Positions 60,366-64,000 of a stretch of 64,000 nucleotides of DNA are shown here, one piece after another. The stretch is from Protoeuglena noctilucae (lineage: Eukaryota), in contig OY253683.1 in NCBI GenBank assembly GCA_958009085.1, forward strand, positions 806,001 to 870,000, read 5' to 3'. The position numbers and the translations under genes are program-made. Each line of letters begins with the position of its first letter. The first letter of the stretch is position 1. The notes below the pieces were generated by a model. The model was not told where the DNA came from. It saw only the letters and a program-made list of their open reading frames with translations, and searched no databases.

Positions 60366-63300
60366 TCAATGCCCCCCCCCCCTTTTCAGTGTGGACAGCT
60401 CCAGCGCCGTGCACGCCATCGCCAGCGTCTCTACGGGGATCTCCTGGCTCCCCCACGCCACCGCTAACAACGAGTACACCTGCTGCACCACCTCCCGCGG
60501 CACCCCGGGCATCTGCTTGGTGGTGATCTTGAGCAAGTCCTGGCGACCTGGGGGGCGGGAGAGATAGGGGCGAGGGAAGCATCGCACGATTGGGGTACTG
60601 CGTTGGAAGCACGAGGGGGGTACCGACGCGCACCTCACGCGCGCTACATACACATCTTAACATCTACATCTCCCACACTCCCCTCCACACACACACCCGC
60701 AGCCCCCCCCCCTCCACCCTTCACACCCCTTCACAACCACCCAAAAAAAACCTCACCCATCGCCCTCCTCCCCGAGCTGTCCTCGGCCACAAACACGTCC
60801 AGCCACCTCACGTACCGCGGCTCGCTCCTCACGAGCAGCTTGGATGCGAAGTACTGCAGCACGCTGTCGGCCATCTGATCGGATCCATAGGTGTCGTCGA
60901 ATTCGTCCAATATGCCGTGGCGCTCCATCTGTTTTATGTCGGGGTAGAGGAGCTGAAGAATGTGCTGTGGGGAGGTAATAAGGGGAGGGAATGTGCTGTT
61001 GGGGGCAACCGGCTGTTCTCACCACCTCACCGTCCACCAGCACTGACAAACTGCCACCCACACCCACACTGCCACCCACACCCCTCACATCCCCACACCC
61101 CCATCCCACTCTCACCTCGAAGTCCGTGTGGCTCTCCATGCGCCCCACCTCTCTCTCAACACTGATATACATAGTTATATACATAGATGTATGAATCCAC
61201 ACTATCTCATCCCTGATAACCCCTCTCACCTCAAAGTCGGTGTGGCTCTCCATGCGCCCCTCCATCAGTCGCTTGATCTCCACCAACGACCACCACATGG
61301 GCTCCTCGACCTGGTTGCCCAGCGCTTTCGCGGACAGCTCCATGACTGCAGTAGATAAGGGAGATAATGGGTAATGGGTATTATATAACACCCCACATCC
61401 CACCCCACACTCCCCCACATCACACCCACCCCACACCCACCCCACACCCCCACAACATCCCCCCAACCCCTCACCCGTGTCGTCCGCCCGCGCCCTCTCC
61501 ACGCCCATCATCACCCCGTGCATCACCAGCAGCGACACCTGCCGATTCCCATACAGCTGCATCAGACACGCCAGCAAGTGATCCGCCAATGTCTCCCTCC
61601 TCTCGCTCCAATGCGTGATGGCCTCGAACCCCTCCAGGCCCTCCCCCACGTTCACGCGCGTCAGTTTCGGGTCCATATCCTTGACATATTTGCTGCGCAT
61701 CGTTCCCAGCAAGTGTTCCTTGGCTAGCTCGGGGCGGACCAATCGGGGGACGCGGGGGTGGACCTCCTCGGGGTCCTCGCACTGGAATTATCAGATAAAA
61801 GAGAGAGTTGTTTGATTGATAATTGGGTAATAGCATATGAGCTGTTATATATGTATGTTACTGAGGTACTGTGTGGGTAGTGCAAGGGGGTGGGTGAGGA
61901 ATGCTATACTACAATTATATCTGTTGCAATCATCCAAGCACCCCGCATCCACCCACACTCACCTTTGTGATGTACCCCGCCCACATCGGGTCCCCCCCCG
62001 CCGGCCCAATCGTCACCCCATCACGCTTGCCCGCAGAGACCTGGGGATGGAGATGAACGGTGGAATGGCTGTCTGACTATATCAGATATGCTTAGAAATA
62101 CATATGTAATGATATGCACCGTCCAGCCCACATCGCACACCCACTATAGTCTATACACCCACTTACCCCACTACACCCACCTACACACCCACTCCACACC
62201 CACCACCCCCTTCATCACTACTCTCACATCCCCCATCACTACCCTCACCTTCCTCATCTCCTCCTTCCTCTGCTGCGCCCTCGTCCACCTCGCAAACGCC
62301 TCCAATTCATCACACATCACACATCACACACATCCCATTCACTACTCTCTCTACTATTCTCACCTTCCTCATCTCCTCTTTCCTCTGCTGCGCCCTCGTC
62401 CGCCTGGCAAACGCCTCCAGTTCGTCCGGCCGCACCATCAGCCCCGCTGCACTCCTCAGTATTTGTGCTTCCAGCTGCACCTCGGAAATGTGCTCTCGCA
62501 AGGTCGTCAGCTCCCCCTGTGCCAACTCGATTTCTTGAAGGAACTCCTCGCGCAGTCGGTCAATCTGGGGGGGGGGTATGAGAAGGGGGGAGGGGGTGGG
62601 GGTGGTGGGGTGAGTGGTAGCGCTGCAAGACATGCACACAATCCTATTGTCCACAAACATCAACCACTCTCGTTCCACTATCATTTCAAATCCCCCACCA
62701 CCCATATCTCCTCACCTTCACGTCTTGAACGCCTCCCCTCCCACACACATACTGACCATGCCCAGTTTCACAACTACTTCTAATATTACCAGTATTGCGA
62801 ATATTATTTGTCAATTTCCACTTCCAATCTCCTCACCTTGGCGTCCCCCTCCATCTTGAACGCCTCCCCGCACACCGCCCGCACCCCCATCTCCGCCACC
62901 TGCCGCTCATACTTGTCCACCCGCACATTCCTCAACAACAAGAGCTGTTCGGCTAATTTACTCGCTTCCCCGGCCCCCAGCCCCAGCGCCTTGTCTCTGG
63001 CCGCAGCTTCCTCCCCCACCCGCACCGCCACCGCGTTAAACGCCCTTCTGGCGATCTCCTCTTGCATAGACACGCCCTTGTACTGCTGCAGCTCGATCTC
63101 CATGCGGCCGATCTGGGGGAGAGGGGGGGGCAAATGGGAGGGGTTGGTTTGTTAAGTGTTCGTGCTTCTTTAGTGGTTATCATTTTAATCACATGCCGCA
63201 TGCGACTCGATCTGGGGGGATAAAGGAGAAGGGGAACTGTTGTTTAGTGTTGATGATGATTCGAGCGACAAAGACGGCTGCAACTTTGGACCTATCCAGT

Positions 63301-64000
63301 GATGCATCTTATGTTGACATTATCATTAATCAAACATGTAGTACTACTTATCAACAACACCCACTCGCCTTCTCCTTGTGCTTTTCTAATTCTTGTATCA
63401 AATGCCGGTGGTCCGCCCGCGCCTGCTCCGTCAGCGCGCGCCTCTCCGCGTGCAGCTCCTGGATCTCCGAGGCACGGGCAGCCAGGTCCTTGTCGCGGGA
63501 CGCGAGCTCGTCTTGCAGGTCGCCGATGCGCCTGCGATAGGGAGATATGTGGAGGGATGGGGAGGGATGAGGGACGAGAATACCGCCAGTCGCATTAGAG
63601 CATGCAGTGGTGAGAGGGGGATGAGGGGCTGTTCCAGGCCACCAATGCCCGCCTTTCCTTTCCCACCCACCCATGCATCCAAACCTCACCCACTCCACCC
63701 TATGCACCCCGTCTCACCCCATCCCATCCCACTCACCCCACCTCACCCACCCCACCCCTCCCACCCCACCCATTCACCTCATCGCCAGCTTCAGTTTCTG
63801 CTCCTGCACGTCCTCCCCCCCCCCCAGCTTGGCCCGCAGCCTCTCCACTTCCGCTGCCATGCCCCGCCCCTGTGCCTCCGCGTGTGCGAGTGCGGCAAAG
63901 AACGGCACTCGGGTGTCTTTGGTGGGGGTCCAGCCAGCAGGGAGGGGCTCAGAGATGTCAGTGGCGGTGACGGTGCTGTGGGGGGTGGGGGAGGGGGGAG
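60366..64000 (-). CDS. Large coiled-coil protein with helical C-terminal domain (5' end beyond window); function unknown
   Basis: In-frame spliced exons: RIGDLQDELASRDKDL.., IGRMEIELQQYK.., IDRLREEFLQEIELAQGELTTLRE.., TLADHLLACLMQLYG.., LLYPDI.., EPRYVRWLDVF..; stop at 60366. Confidence 0.65.

Noticed and set aside
1..64000. Non-standard genetic code (TAA/TAG = Gln, as in some ulvophytes)
   Set aside because: GST and MsrA end at TAA and ALKBH6 at TAG at the expected C-termini. I saw no in-frame TAR in conserved exons.
60366..64000. Assignment of the coiled-coil gene to TSNAXIP1 or a flagellar family
   Set aside because: The resemblance is only general architecture. No diagnostic motif can be confirmed without a search.

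Overview
This is eukaryotic, GC-rich, intron-dense nuclear DNA, most likely from a chlorophyte green alga. The support is plant-type BRAHMA, OSB and MA3 genes, plastid transit peptides, TGTAA polyA-like signals just after stop codons, and the standard genetic code. I built about 18 spliced protein-coding genes by hand, so outer boundaries are approximate: BRAHMA-like SNF2 ATPase (partial), DET2-like steroid 5-alpha-reductase, a ZNF598/Hel2-like E3 ligase apparently fused to an NFX1-type C-terminus, a kynurenine-monooxygenase-like flavoprotein, a PTGR3-like oxidoreductase, a ParB/sulfiredoxin-like protein, a hypothetical protein, GST, plastid MsrA, organellar SSB (OSB), a membrane class III nucleotide cyclase with an apparent frameshift, a Cys-depleted BUD31/G10, a kinase with a large insert, PDCD4/MRF, a beta-helix protein, PrimPol, ALKBH6, and a coiled-coil protein (partial). 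The most striking unexplained signal is a window-wide set of 'exon-edge echoes'. These are short copies of an exon end plus its splice site, lying about 70-120 bp away inside the adjacent intron, and they differ from the real exon mostly at synonymous codon positions. GC-AG introns, G-rich/C-rich polarised introns and G-rich in-frame exon expansions are also frequent. I recognised no rRNA, tRNA, CRISPR array or transposase.
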